A stretch of 41,044 nucleotides of DNA from the UHGV virus genome UHGV-0106252, one strand, 5' to 3'. Within the stretch, counting starts at the first letter, position 1. Each line of letters begins with the position of its first letter. Source of the DNA: a virus. Of the stretch, positions 32,898 through 41,044 are shown piece after piece. The notes beneath the pieces are model-generated. The model had not been told where the DNA came from, searched no databases, and saw only the letters and a list, made by a program, of their open reading frames with translations. The translations under genes were made by a program, and so were the position numbers.

Positions 32898-33479
32898 CTA
32901 TCTAAACGTTGCACACGACTCATCTATCCATTTTTCATAAAATTGTATACCGAGATAGGCAAGAACAGATGGATGTATATCAACAAGCTTTTCGCCAAGA
33001 TGTTCTGTTGGAGGTGGATAATCTTTGCCTTGGTTTCTTACGGTTATAGGCATAGTTGTTGCTGGATGAAACTCAACTATCATAGGGTCGCCTTCGTATT
33101 TTGCTATTTTCCCTGTTGAATCAATGATTAACTCTTTAATATAATGGCTTCTTGCTCCCGGAAATGCCCCAAGAGTAGTATAAGGAGGTTCAAGTTTTGA
33201 GATTTCCATAGTGGAATGATGATCAGCATTTCTTGCTTGGTGAAGGTAAGCAAGTGTTTTGTCTGTTTTTCTAAGCATGAACTTTTGGTTGAAGTGGCTG
33301 CTAAATTTTCCACTAACCGGCTTTGTTGCACAGAGCAACTTACTGAAAGACTTTTCTATATGCCCAAGACATTCTCGCCAGTGCATTTCAAAATCATCAT
33401 GGTTTGTAGATGATTTCATCTGCTCTAGGCACTTTTTAGCTGCGATGATTTCTTTTTTTGCTGGGTTGTAATCGATCAT
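32898..33479 (-). CDS. Unknown 193-aa protein co-transcribed with mnt
   Basis: ATG overlaps the mnt stop (ATGA). AT-rich; no motif I recognise. Confidence 0.55.
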   Translation of the reverse strand: MIDYNPAKKEIIAAKKCLEQMKSSTNHDDFEMHWRECLGHIEKSFSKLLCATKPVSGKFSSHFNQKFMLRKTDKTLAYLHQARNADHHSTMEISKLEPPYTTLGAFPGARSHYIKELIIDSTGKIAKYEGDPMIVEFHPATTMPITVRNQGKDYPPPTEHLGEKLVDIHPSVLAYLGIQFYEKWIDESCATFR

Positions 33480-33730
33480 TTTGCATCCTTGCCATACATG
33501 TTTTTAAGTGTCTCAAATACCACAGACTTGAACTGTTCAGCCTGCATCTCGGCTAATCGTTCAGCTTCATTGCGATAACCTTTTACAGGAGATGGTCTCG
33601 ATAGAGCATCTTGGACGATTTGCAACAATTCTGAGTTCATTGATCTACCATTTGACTCTGCTCTGTATTTTAATTTTTCTCTTACTTCCAAAGGCATGCG
33701 GAAGTTAAAGTGCGGATCATCTCTAGCCAT
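33476..33730 (-). CDS. mnt: Mnt repressor (ribbon-helix-helix)
   Basis: MARDDPHFNFRMPLEVREKLKYRAESNGRSMNSELLQIVQDAL... is close to P22 Mnt. Confidence 0.9.
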   Translation of the reverse strand: MARDDPHFNFRMPLEVREKLKYRAESNGRSMNSELLQIVQDALSRPSPVKGYRNEAERLAEMQAEQFKSVVFETLKNMYGKDAK

Positions 33731-33752
33731 GCCATCACTCCAAGTTAGTGTA

Positions 33753-33805
33753 TTGACATGATAGAAGCACTCTACTATATTCTCAATAGGTCCACCGTGG
33801 ACCTA
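33753..33805. promoter_or_regulatory. immI control region: Pant with Oarc and Omnt operators
   Basis: ATGATAGAAGCACTCTACTAT (33758-33778) matches the P22 arc operator as I recall it; TAGGTCCACCGTGGACCTA (33787-33805) is the palindromic mnt operator; TTGACA at 33753-33758. Confidence 0.85.
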
Positions 33806-33820
33806 TATTGTGAGGTGAAC

Positions 33821-33982
33821 ATGAAAGGAATGAGCAAAATGCCGCAGTTCAATTTGCGGTGGCCTAAAGAAGTATTGGATTTGGTACGCAAGGTGGCGGA
33901 AGAGAATGGTCGGTCTGTTAACTCTGAGATTTATCAGAGAGTAATGGACAGCTTTAAGAAGGAAGGGCGTATTGGCGCGTAA
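33821..33982 (+). CDS. arc: Arc repressor
   Basis: [53 protein letters not shown] is near-identical to P22 Arc (53 aa). Confidence 0.92.
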   Translation: MKGMSKMPQFNLRWPKEVLDLVRKVAEENGRSVNSEIYQRVMDSFKKEGRIGA

Positions 33983-34050
33983 AGTTGAAGCCCCAACTGC
34001 GGGAACAGTCAGGGCTTCTGTTGTCAGTAAATTCGTGGAGAAAAACCAAC

Positions 34051-34953
34051 ATGAATAGTATAGCAATTTTAGAAGCAGTGAACACCTCTTACGTACCTTT
34101 CAATGGTCAGCAGATTATCACCGCCATGACTGCCGGAGTTGCATATGTTGCGATGAAGCCAATCGTTAAAAACCTTGGAATGAGCTGGTCAACGCAGCAA
34201 ACAAAACTCATGAAGCAGATTAGCAAATTCAACTGTGTTCATATGAACATGGTTGCCGCTGATGGTAAGCTTCGTAGGCTACTCTGCCTTCCTTTGAAGA
34301 AGTTAAATGGATGGCTGTTCAGCATCAACCCTGAGAAAGTTCGTGCTGACATCCGCGATAAACTGATTCAGTACCAGGAAGAATGCTTTACTGTGCTGCA
34401 TGACTACTGGACGAAGGGAAAGGCAGAAAATGCACGTAAGAAAACATCTGTTGATGACAGGACTCCGCTTCGTGATGCTGTAAATATGCTAGTCAGCAAA
34501 AAGCATCTAATGTACCCAGAAGCTTATGCAATGATTCATCAGCGTTTCAACGTGGAAAGTATTGAAGAGCTTGATTCATCTCAGATACCGCAAGCAGTAG
34601 AGTACATCCACAGGGTAGTGCTTGAAGGCGAGTTCATCGGCAAACAAGAGAAGAAAACCAACGAGCTTTCTGCAAAAGAAGCAAACAGCCTTGTATGGCT
34701 ATGGGATTATGCCAACCGCTCACAGGCATTATTCCGCGAACTGTATCCGGCATTAAAACAAATTCAATCGAACTATTCCGGCAGATGCTACGACTACGGT
34801 CATGAATTCTCGTATGTTATCGGAATGGCGAGAGACGTTTTAATAAACCACACACGAGATGTTGATATTAATGAGCCAGACGGACCAACGAATCTTTCCG
34901 CATGGATGAGACTTAAGAATAAAGAATTACCTCCTTCAGTACATAACTACTGA
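34051..34953 (+). CDS. ant: Antirepressor Ant
   Basis: 300 aa, [26 protein letters not shown]... close to P22 Ant. Confidence 0.9.
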   Translation: MNSIAILEAVNTSYVPFNGQQIITAMTAGVAYVAMKPIVKNLGMSWSTQQTKLMKQISKFNCVHMNMVAADGKLRRLLCLPLKKLNGWLFSINPEKVRADIRDKLIQYQEECFTVLHDYWTKGKAENARKKTSVDDRTPLRDAVNMLVSKKHLMYPEAYAMIHQRFNVESIEELDSSQIPQAVEYIHRVVLEGEFIGKQEKKTNELSAKEANSLVWLWDYANRSQALFRELYPALKQIQSNYSGRCYDYGHEFSYVIGMARDVLINHTRDVDINEPDGPTNLSAWMRLKNKELPPSVHNY

Positions 34954-34972
34954 CAGATAACCAACGCAACGA

Positions 34973-34996
34973 CCCAGCTTCGGCTGGGTTTTTTTA
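34973..34996 (+). terminator. Rho-independent terminator after ant
   Basis: CCCAGC-TTCG-GCTGGG hairpin followed by T7. Confidence 0.75.
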
Positions 34997-35062
34997 TGCC
35001 CAAAATTCACCGTAGCTACGCTGCGGCGATTCCTTGTATCTGGAGCAATGAAATGTCAGATA

Positions 35063-35572
35063 TCACCTACCATGATTCTCATGATAACCATAGGTCTTTT
35101 CAGCCTCACGCCTTACAGCAATTGCATCATCGAGACACTTAAAGTATCCGAGATTAATGCGCTTCCCTGCGTCGCTAATATATGCCACCCACTTTTTATG
35201 GGTCTTATGCCATGAAACACCTGCGCACCCAGATGTATTGTTTGTGTATTTAGATTTGTTTTTTAGGTTTTCACCGAGACTAACTAGACGCAGGTTGTCT
35301 ATTGAATTATTTAACCCATTACCATCTTTATGGTCAATTTGCATTCCTGAAGGGATTTCACCATAAAACATTTCCCATATTATCCTATGGGCGGCGTATA
35401 TTTTATCTTGATACCTGATAATTATATAAGATGTTTTCCTGTTCTTGTCCTTGAATATATGTCCTGCAGGCTTTTCTTTAGAGATATTGAACATTTTGGG
35501 TCTTGAAAGATATTGGTCACTCCAGTACAGGAGTCCATCGTCTTTTAATACGAATACTTCGTTCCAGTTCAT
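35063..35572 (-). CDS. HNH homing-type endonuclease with C-terminal AP2 DNA-binding domain
   Basis: HNH motif IDHKDGNGLNNSIDNLRLVSLGENLKNK, then AP2-like SGCAGVSWHKTHKKWVAYISDAGKRINLGYF. AAGGTGG SD before the ATG at 35572. AT-rich. Confidence 0.75.
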   Translation of the reverse strand: MNWNEVFVLKDDGLLYWSDQYLSRPKMFNISKEKPAGHIFKDKNRKTSYIIIRYQDKIYAAHRIIWEMFYGEIPSGMQIDHKDGNGLNNSIDNLRLVSLGENLKNKSKYTNNTSGCAGVSWHKTHKKWVAYISDAGKRINLGYFKCLDDAIAVRREAEKTYGYHENHGR

Positions 35573-35658
35573 GTTAACCACCTTTAAATAAAGTTCACTC
35601 ATTATACAAAAACATGCTAGCAATGAATATTGCTTGCTTAACATATAGAGAAATTAAA

Positions 35659-37605
35659 ATGACAGATTCAATAAATGCCAATGTTGTGGTAAGCATGCCT
35701 TCGCAACTCTTCACTATGGCTCGTTCTTTTAAAGCCGTAGCCAATGGCAAAATTTATATCGGTAAAATTGACACTGACCCTGTAAATCCTGAAAACCAGA
35801 TTCAGGTTTATGTGGAAAACGAAGACGGCTCTCACGTTTCTGTTGCACAGCCAATCATCATTAACGCTGCTGGATATCCGGTATATAACGGGCAGATTGC
35901 CAAATTCGTAACTGTGCAAGGCCATTCTATGGCTGTATATGATGCGTATGGCACGCAGCAGTTCTATTTCCCTAATGTGCTGAAATATGACCCTGATCAA
36001 TTTCAGGAAAGATTGCTATCTGAAAATGGGCCATTATTAGTTGATGATTCAGTTGTTCGTGTAAAACAACCCCTCTCTATGGCAATCGAGAGAGCACAGC
36101 ACGATAAAAATGCAGATTTTGTGAGCGCGAAAGACTTTGGGTTTAAAGGTGATGGCACGAATGATGATGCTGCGGTGCTCAAACTTAAAGATTACGTTAA
36201 CACAAGACCTAAATATTCTCCACCAGTATCCGTGTACTTTCCAGATGGAAATTATCTTATTAGCGAGTCATTGAATTTAATTAGACCTGTTACTTTATAC
36301 TCTTTTAAAGGAGCAACAATAAACTATACTGGAACTGACGCTGCAGTTAAGTGTGGAGATCCAACTGACGAAGATCAACCAACAGCAGATAATTTTTATC
36401 AAGGTGATTATGTAATTTATGGAATTAGATTCACTGGTGGTCAAAATGCAAAGTTTGGAATAATGGTAAAGAGCTTTGTTTTTACACCAAAAATACAATA
36501 TTGTGATTTTATTGATTATGGTAATAAGGATTCTTATGATATATATGCTCAGTTTGAAAACTGGGATATCCTTATAGAAGGATGCTATAAAAAAACATTT
36601 TTTAGTGATATTGCAATAGGTAATTTCATTTCTTTACCTGGTAAAAAAACGGATGGCAGTGCATATGATGGTGGGAACTCTAGAGTTACAATAAGAGATT
36701 GCGCCATGGCAGCATATAACAATCAAGATTTAGGATATTTTGCCTATATTAACTGCGTTAAGGGGCGAGTAATTGGAGGTAGTGCGCATCACTCTACAGG
36801 TGGAATACTACTTGGACCAGCGGCATCTGGAACGCTTATTGATGGATTTTATTGTGAAGTAAGTACTCAACACAGACCTTGGGTAATATCTGTTTTAAGT
36901 GATAAAACTAATCCTGATAATTATTTGTTTCCTCAGTCTGTTACGGTAAGAAATGTGTATGTAAATATGCATAAAGAAAAAATTGGTAATGCTGGTAAGC
37001 TTATTGGTGTCATGGATGCTGATGTGAAGTTAAGAGACTGGAGTGTAACAGACTGCCAGATTTCAAACTTCGAAAATGGTCAAGTTCTTATTGATAGAAA
37101 TGATCTTAATGAGCAGATCGGTAACACTTATGCAAGAATAAAACCAATTTTTGTTCCTTATAATTCTGGTGGTGGAAGTAAATTTATTGTTACTGGAAAA
37201 CTAACAACAGCAGAAGACTGGTCGTGTGGTGATATAGAAACTGGAGTTTGGATTCCGACTGTAGGCGGAAATGCCTCCTACTATAAACAAGTTGGAAGTT
37301 ATACAAGAACTGGTGATGTAGTGACCGCAAGTTTTCACATAGGGATAACGATTATTGGAAGTGGAGATGGTTATAGGATAGGTGGATTACCTTTTTTGTC
37401 ACGACCAGGGGCTACTTCTGTTGGATCTATTGGGTATTACAATAACTTAACTACGGCTGTGGCTGCGCTATTGCCTAGGGTTGATGCTGAAAGTAATTAC
37501 ATAACATTTACAGGAGCTACATCTGTCGCTGGTAATATGAATGTACAACTAAATGTTCTAGGTAATAATGCTGAGATAATTGGTTCTGTTACTTATTTTA
37601 TATAA
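35659..37605 (+). CDS. Tailspike protein (P22 gp9-like head-binding domain, divergent receptor domain)
   Basis: N-terminal ~110 aa ([35 protein letters not shown]...) parallels the P22 tailspike head-binding domain; the rest is AT-rich and unlike the P22 beta-helix as I recall it. Confidence 0.8.
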   Translation: MTDSINANVVVSMPSQLFTMARSFKAVANGKIYIGKIDTDPVNPENQIQVYVENEDGSHVSVAQPIIINAAGYPVYNGQIAKFVTVQGHSMAVYDAYGTQQFYFPNVLKYDPDQFQERLLSENGPLLVDDSVVRVKQPLSMAIERAQHDKNADFVSAKDFGFKGDGTNDDAAVLKLKDYVNTRPKYSPPVSVYFPDGNYLISESLNLIRPVTLYSFKGATINYTGTDAAVKCGDPTDEDQPTADNFYQGDYVIYGIRFTGGQNAKFGIMVKSFVFTPKIQYCDFIDYGNKDSYDIYAQFENWDILIEGCYKKTFFSDIAIGNFISLPGKKTDGSAYDGGNSRVTIRDCAMAAYNNQDLGYFAYINCVKGRVIGGSAHHSTGGILLGPAASGTLIDGFYCEVSTQHRPWVISVLSDKTNPDNYLFPQSVTVRNVYVNMHKEKIGNAGKLIGVMDADVKLRDWSVTDCQISNFENGQVLIDRNDLNEQIGNTYARIKPIFVPYNSGGGSKFIVTGKLTTAEDWSCGDIETGVWIPTVGGNASYYKQVGSYTRTGDVVTASFHIGITIIGSGDGYRIGGLPFLSRPGATSVGSIGYYNNLTTAVAALLPRVDAESNYITFTGATSVAGNMNVQLNVLGNNAEIIGSVTYFI

Positions 37606-37635
37606 AAACAGCGGCGAAATTGCCGCTGTTTTTTT
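37605..37635. terminator. Bidirectional rho-independent terminator
   Basis: CAGCGGC-GAAATT-GCCGCTG hairpin flanked by an A-run and a T-run, between convergent tailspike and oac. Confidence 0.75.
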
Positions 37636-37665
37636 AGTATTGATAATGTTGGTGGACAAAATAAA

Positions 37666-39666
37666 CTAATTAATTACAAAGCCGTTATCATTAAGTATTT
37701 CTTTAACACCAGATTTAGATAAGTGAAAACCAACATTATATAATCCGCCGTTATGGTCAATTATTCTACAACCATTGTCATCACATAAAGTTTTTATAGG
37801 TTTTATCTTATGCAATCCTTTCATGTCAGGAATATATTTATCTAATATATCGGATTGTTGTTTTGCTAAGTTAAGCCCATTTCTGCTGCTTGTGTATGTT
37901 GTCTCAAACTTATAATTGATAGATCTTAGTTTTGAGAATACTATGTTGGCAACATCTTCAGAAGGATTAGGGGTTGGGTATACAATATATACATCATGCC
38001 CCTTGGACACGAGTTTCTTAACATTATTCGATAGAGAGATATATGCCTGCTCGCCACCTAAAAAATCTCCGCCACTAAAATTTTGCTTCGCCATCTCTAA
38101 AGGAGATGACACAGGAGCCTTAGCAAGCGGGAATTGATCATAATTAGCAGCTATAAAAATAGTTTTCTTCCCCTTAAGAGAATCAATGGCTTTCCATCTT
38201 TGCTCATTGACAACCACACATTCAGGAACATTGCCAAACCACATATCACTCACAAATGGACATTGCTCATACGTGAGAGATAACATCCCTTTGTTATTTT
38301 CTTTTGAGTAATCTAAAATTGTTGGTGCATATTGTCCAGCATAGCTATCTCCTAATACGATGATGTCATCACCGCCAAAGCTACACGGGTTATCAAGAGA
38401 ACGTAAACCACATAAATAACTATCAGGTTCACCTCTTAAACTTTTACCAATATTTGAATAATCTGCCAATTTCCTGAACTCTGGTTCTTTGTACATTTCA
38501 TAGGTTTCTTTCAGAATGCCTGCAAGACGCCACTGAAAACCCCCATCGGCCTTTGCATAAATAGAGAAAGCAAGCAATGCTGACAGAGATGTTGCTAATA
38601 CTATTGTATTCTTACTTTTAACATGTTTTGCTCTATATGGTTTTTCAATAAAAAAATATGAAAAAGACGAAATAACAATTGAAATTGATGCTAATACTAC
38701 ACAGTAATAAGGAGTGATATTTTCACTAAATAATATCCTGTAAAAAACAAAAACAGGTTGATGCCATAAATATAGAGAATATGATATCAAGCCAATAAAG
38801 ACAATCGGACGCAAGGATAATATTTTAGATATTAAATCGGCACCATTTGCAAATGCGATTATCAAACATGAACCAGCTACAGGTATTAGGGTGATAAATG
38901 AAGGGTGTTTGATGTTATTTCCAAAAAACAACATTGAATAAACAATCATCAACATTCCAATTACTGGCAGAAACGAAGTTAAAGATGATTGGTCTTTATG
39001 TATATTGCTTCTTCTTTCTTTTACAAAAAAAGACACAATTCCACCAAGAATTAATTCCCATGCCCTTGGTAGTAGCGTATAGAATGCTAAGTCAGGGTAA
39101 CTGCTAACTATAATATTTGCATACACAATAGATGAAACAGAAATCAATATAAGAAGTAATACTCTGTATTTCTTAATAAATTTATTTATAAAAATCAATA
39201 AGAATGGATAAAATACGTAGAATTGCCATTCAACAGCAAGACTCCATGTATGAAGGAGTGGTTTAAATATACTTGCATTTGATACATAGCTATCTTCACC
39301 AAGAAAATAATAATTAGAACCAAAATAAATAGCAGAAATGAGAGATTCAGAGAATTTTACTAAGTCATTTGGTAGAAGAATTTTATAAGCCACTATCGAT
39401 GTAACTACAAGCATAGCAATAAGAGCAGGAACAATTCTCTTTATGCGTCTCCAATAGAAGTCAGTTAGTGAGAAAGAGCGGCTATCAAGTTTATTTATAA
39501 TGATATCTGTAATTAAATATCCTGAAAGAACCAGGAAGACATCAACTCCAAAGAATCCGCCTTTGAATATCTTTACTCCAAACAAAGAAATGCCAGAGTG
39601 ATAAATGATGACAGCCATCACTGCCAAACAACGCAATCCATCAAGCTCTTTCCTATACTTAAGCAT
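37666..39666 (-). CDS. oac: O-antigen acetyltransferase (acyltransferase-3 membrane domain plus SGNH domain; Oac/OafA-like)
   Basis: 666 aa; N-terminal multi-TM acyltransferase-3 domain (RCLAVMAVIIYH...), C-terminal SGNH-like domain. AT-rich. Same position as oac in Sf6. Confidence 0.75.
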   Translation of the reverse strand: MLKYRKELDGLRCLAVMAVIIYHSGISLFGVKIFKGGFFGVDVFLVLSGYLITDIIINKLDSRSFSLTDFYWRRIKRIVPALIAMLVVTSIVAYKILLPNDLVKFSESLISAIYFGSNYYFLGEDSYVSNASIFKPLLHTWSLAVEWQFYVFYPFLLIFINKFIKKYRVLLLILISVSSIVYANIIVSSYPDLAFYTLLPRAWELILGGIVSFFVKERRSNIHKDQSSLTSFLPVIGMLMIVYSMLFFGNNIKHPSFITLIPVAGSCLIIAFANGADLISKILSLRPIVFIGLISYSLYLWHQPVFVFYRILFSENITPYYCVVLASISIVISSFSYFFIEKPYRAKHVKSKNTIVLATSLSALLAFSIYAKADGGFQWRLAGILKETYEMYKEPEFRKLADYSNIGKSLRGEPDSYLCGLRSLDNPCSFGGDDIIVLGDSYAGQYAPTILDYSKENNKGMLSLTYEQCPFVSDMWFGNVPECVVVNEQRWKAIDSLKGKKTIFIAANYDQFPLAKAPVSSPLEMAKQNFSGGDFLGGEQAYISLSNNVKKLVSKGHDVYIVYPTPNPSEDVANIVFSKLRSINYKFETTYTSSRNGLNLAKQQSDILDKYIPDMKGLHKIKPIKTLCDDNGCRIIDHNGGLYNVGFHLSKSGVKEILNDNGFVIN

Positions 39667-39836
39667 TAAGTTTTCTCTCTACATATAATGCGAAATTTCG
39701 CGTGATTCTATCACATTCATTCTAAAAGTTGTTCCGTGCCATAAAATTGAGTCAACACATTGTATGATACTGAAATGTAAAATTTGTTTGTGTCGATCTA
39801 CAAAATTGTGCATATCTCTTAGGTTGGATATGAGGA

Positions 39837-40994
39837 TTACAGCACACTTTCATCAAGCCAGTCCGCCCACCACTGCATCATTTCTCTGCGCTTATCGAGA
39901 TACTGAGCATGGTTGTAAATACCGCGCACAGATCCTCCGTTGGCATGTGCCAGTTGCACTTCAATAGCGTCAGCAGGCCATTCGTGCTCGTTCATAATCG
40001 TGCTGAATTCATGCCTGAATCCGTGACCGCTTTCCAGACCTTCATAGCCGATTTGTTTGATCACAAGTAGTACCGCGTTCTCGCAGATTGGCTTCTTCTT
40101 ATCGTTGCGTCCGGCAAAAACAAACTCTGATACTGGTTTAGTGATTGAGCTTAGCGTAGTGAGAAGTTCAACCACCTGGTCTGACATAGGAACAACATGA
40201 ATCTTGCGGCCCTTCATCACACTGGCGTCGATAGTGATAATCCTGTTTTCAAAATCGACGTTCTTCCATTGCATGGAACGAAGCTCTTTTGTTCTGAGGG
40301 CTGTGTAGCGTAAAACTTTGGTCGCAATGAGCGATACGATACTTCCTGAAAATGTTGCCAGTGCTTTGTTGAATGCCGGGATCTGGTCTGCAGGAAGAAA
40401 CGGGAAGTTCTTCTTGCGGTATCCCTTCATGGCGTCAGCAAGGTCAGGTGCCGGGTTATATTTAGCCCTTCCGGTGACAATAGCGTAACGGAAAACCTCG
40501 CCGCATCTTCTGCGTGCTTTGTTGGCTCGCTCCATTGCACCGCGATCTTCAAACCTGCGGATTACTTCCAGCAGTTGCATAGGCTCAATATCCTGAATTT
40601 CAAGGCCGCCGATGATAGGTAAAATGTCGTCATCAAACATTTTTGCAAGTTCAGTTGCATAGCCTACTGACCAGACTTGCTTCTTGTGCTCGTACCATTC
40701 CTTGTAAATCGCACTAAAGGAATTGTTGTTAGACGAAGCCTTTTTCGCTTTTACCGGATCGATGCCAACCGAGATGTCTTTCCTCGCAGTCCATGCTTTA
40801 TCCCTTGCCTCCTGCAAAGTCATAAGCGGATATTTTCCTACGGTCAGGATTTTCTCCTTACCGTCAATCTTGTAGCGAAGCTGCCATACCTTTTTCCCTG
40901 ACACAGGGACATAAAGGTACAGGCCATTACCATCGAGTAGGCGGTATGGTTTTTCTTTCGGCTTTGCTGCTTCAATCTGCTTAACGGTGAGCAT
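39837..40994 (-). CDS. int: Tyrosine integrase (P4/IntS family)
   Basis: N-terminal DUF4102-type arm-binding domain; C-terminal catalytic domain with R...HGFRH...Y. ATG at 40994 gives 385 aa; the ORF track extends to a GTG at 41030. Confidence 0.9.
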   Translation of the reverse strand: MLTVKQIEAAKPKEKPYRLLDGNGLYLYVPVSGKKVWQLRYKIDGKEKILTVGKYPLMTLQEARDKAWTARKDISVGIDPVKAKKASSNNNSFSAIYKEWYEHKKQVWSVGYATELAKMFDDDILPIIGGLEIQDIEPMQLLEVIRRFEDRGAMERANKARRRCGEVFRYAIVTGRAKYNPAPDLADAMKGYRKKNFPFLPADQIPAFNKALATFSGSIVSLIATKVLRYTALRTKELRSMQWKNVDFENRIITIDASVMKGRKIHVVPMSDQVVELLTTLSSITKPVSEFVFAGRNDKKKPICENAVLLVIKQIGYEGLESGHGFRHEFSTIMNEHEWPADAIEVQLAHANGGSVRGIYNHAQYLDKRREMMQWWADWLDESVL

Positions 40995-41039
40995 GGGTAA
41001 AAATCCGGTGGGTAAAATTATTTTATCCACTTTTTACCC
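40995..41039. repeat. GGGTAAAA / TTTTACCC motif array upstream of int (candidate Int arm or RDF binding sites)
   Basis: GGGTAAAA at 40995-41002 and 41010-41017; TTTTACCC at 41032-41039; degenerate TTTTATCC at 41021-41028. Continues at 36-55. Confidence 0.5.
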
Positions 41040-41044
41040 GTCAT

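Noticed and set aside
32731-32940. 69-aa plus-strand ORF between the two minus-strand accessory genes
   Set aside because: TTG start, no SD, and it overlaps the 3' end of the 193-aa gene. Possibly real but unsupported.
39667-39836. oac-int intergenic region as the attP site (as in the Sf6-type layout)
   Set aside because: No tRNA-like segment or repeat array is visible here, whereas both are found around the int-xis junction; left as the alternative hypothesis.

Overview
The whole 41,044-bp window is phage DNA with no recognisable host flank. It reads as a complete, circularly permuted genome of a temperate P22-like (Sf6/HK620-type) podovirus, or an excised or rotated prophage. The integrase at the right end and the excisionase-like gene at the left end are contiguous only if the window is circularised. 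The genome is mosaic: (i) a leftward pL operon (1-5.8 kb, minus strand) with an AlpA/TorI-like excisionase, ea-type small genes, an SSB-like protein, Erf recombinase, kil/cIII-like genes and a P22-type N antiterminator; (ii) an immunity region (5.9-8.5 kb) whose cI, cro and OL/OR operators are almost identical to phage lambda, but where the rexA-rexB position is occupied by an unrelated two-gene cassette; (iii) P22-type replication genes (gene-18-like initiator with internal iterons, DnaB-like helicase) and a nin region (ninB/E/X/F/H, RusA, Rha/KilAC antirepressor interrupted by a frameshift); (iv) lambda-type Q, pR'/tR' and S-R-Rz/Rz1 lysis genes; (v) a P22-type head and ejection module with pac site (terminase small and large subunits, portal, scaffold, coat, gp4, gp10, tail needle, gp14, gp7, gp20, gp16); (vi) a P22 immI region (SieA-like membrane protein, unknown 193-aa gene, mnt, arc, ant with exact Oarc/Omnt operators); (vii) an HNH-AP2 endonuclease, a tailspike with P22-like head-binding N-terminus and divergent AT-rich receptor domain, an O-antigen acetyltransferase (Oac-like) and a P4/IntS-family tyrosine integrase. 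The best candidates for an undescribed accessory or defence function are the rex-position cassette (6236-6995), the mnt-linked AT-rich module (32186-33479) and the AT-rich moron between N and cIII (4665-5327). All protein identifications rest on my recollection of family sequences and on gene order; no database search was run.
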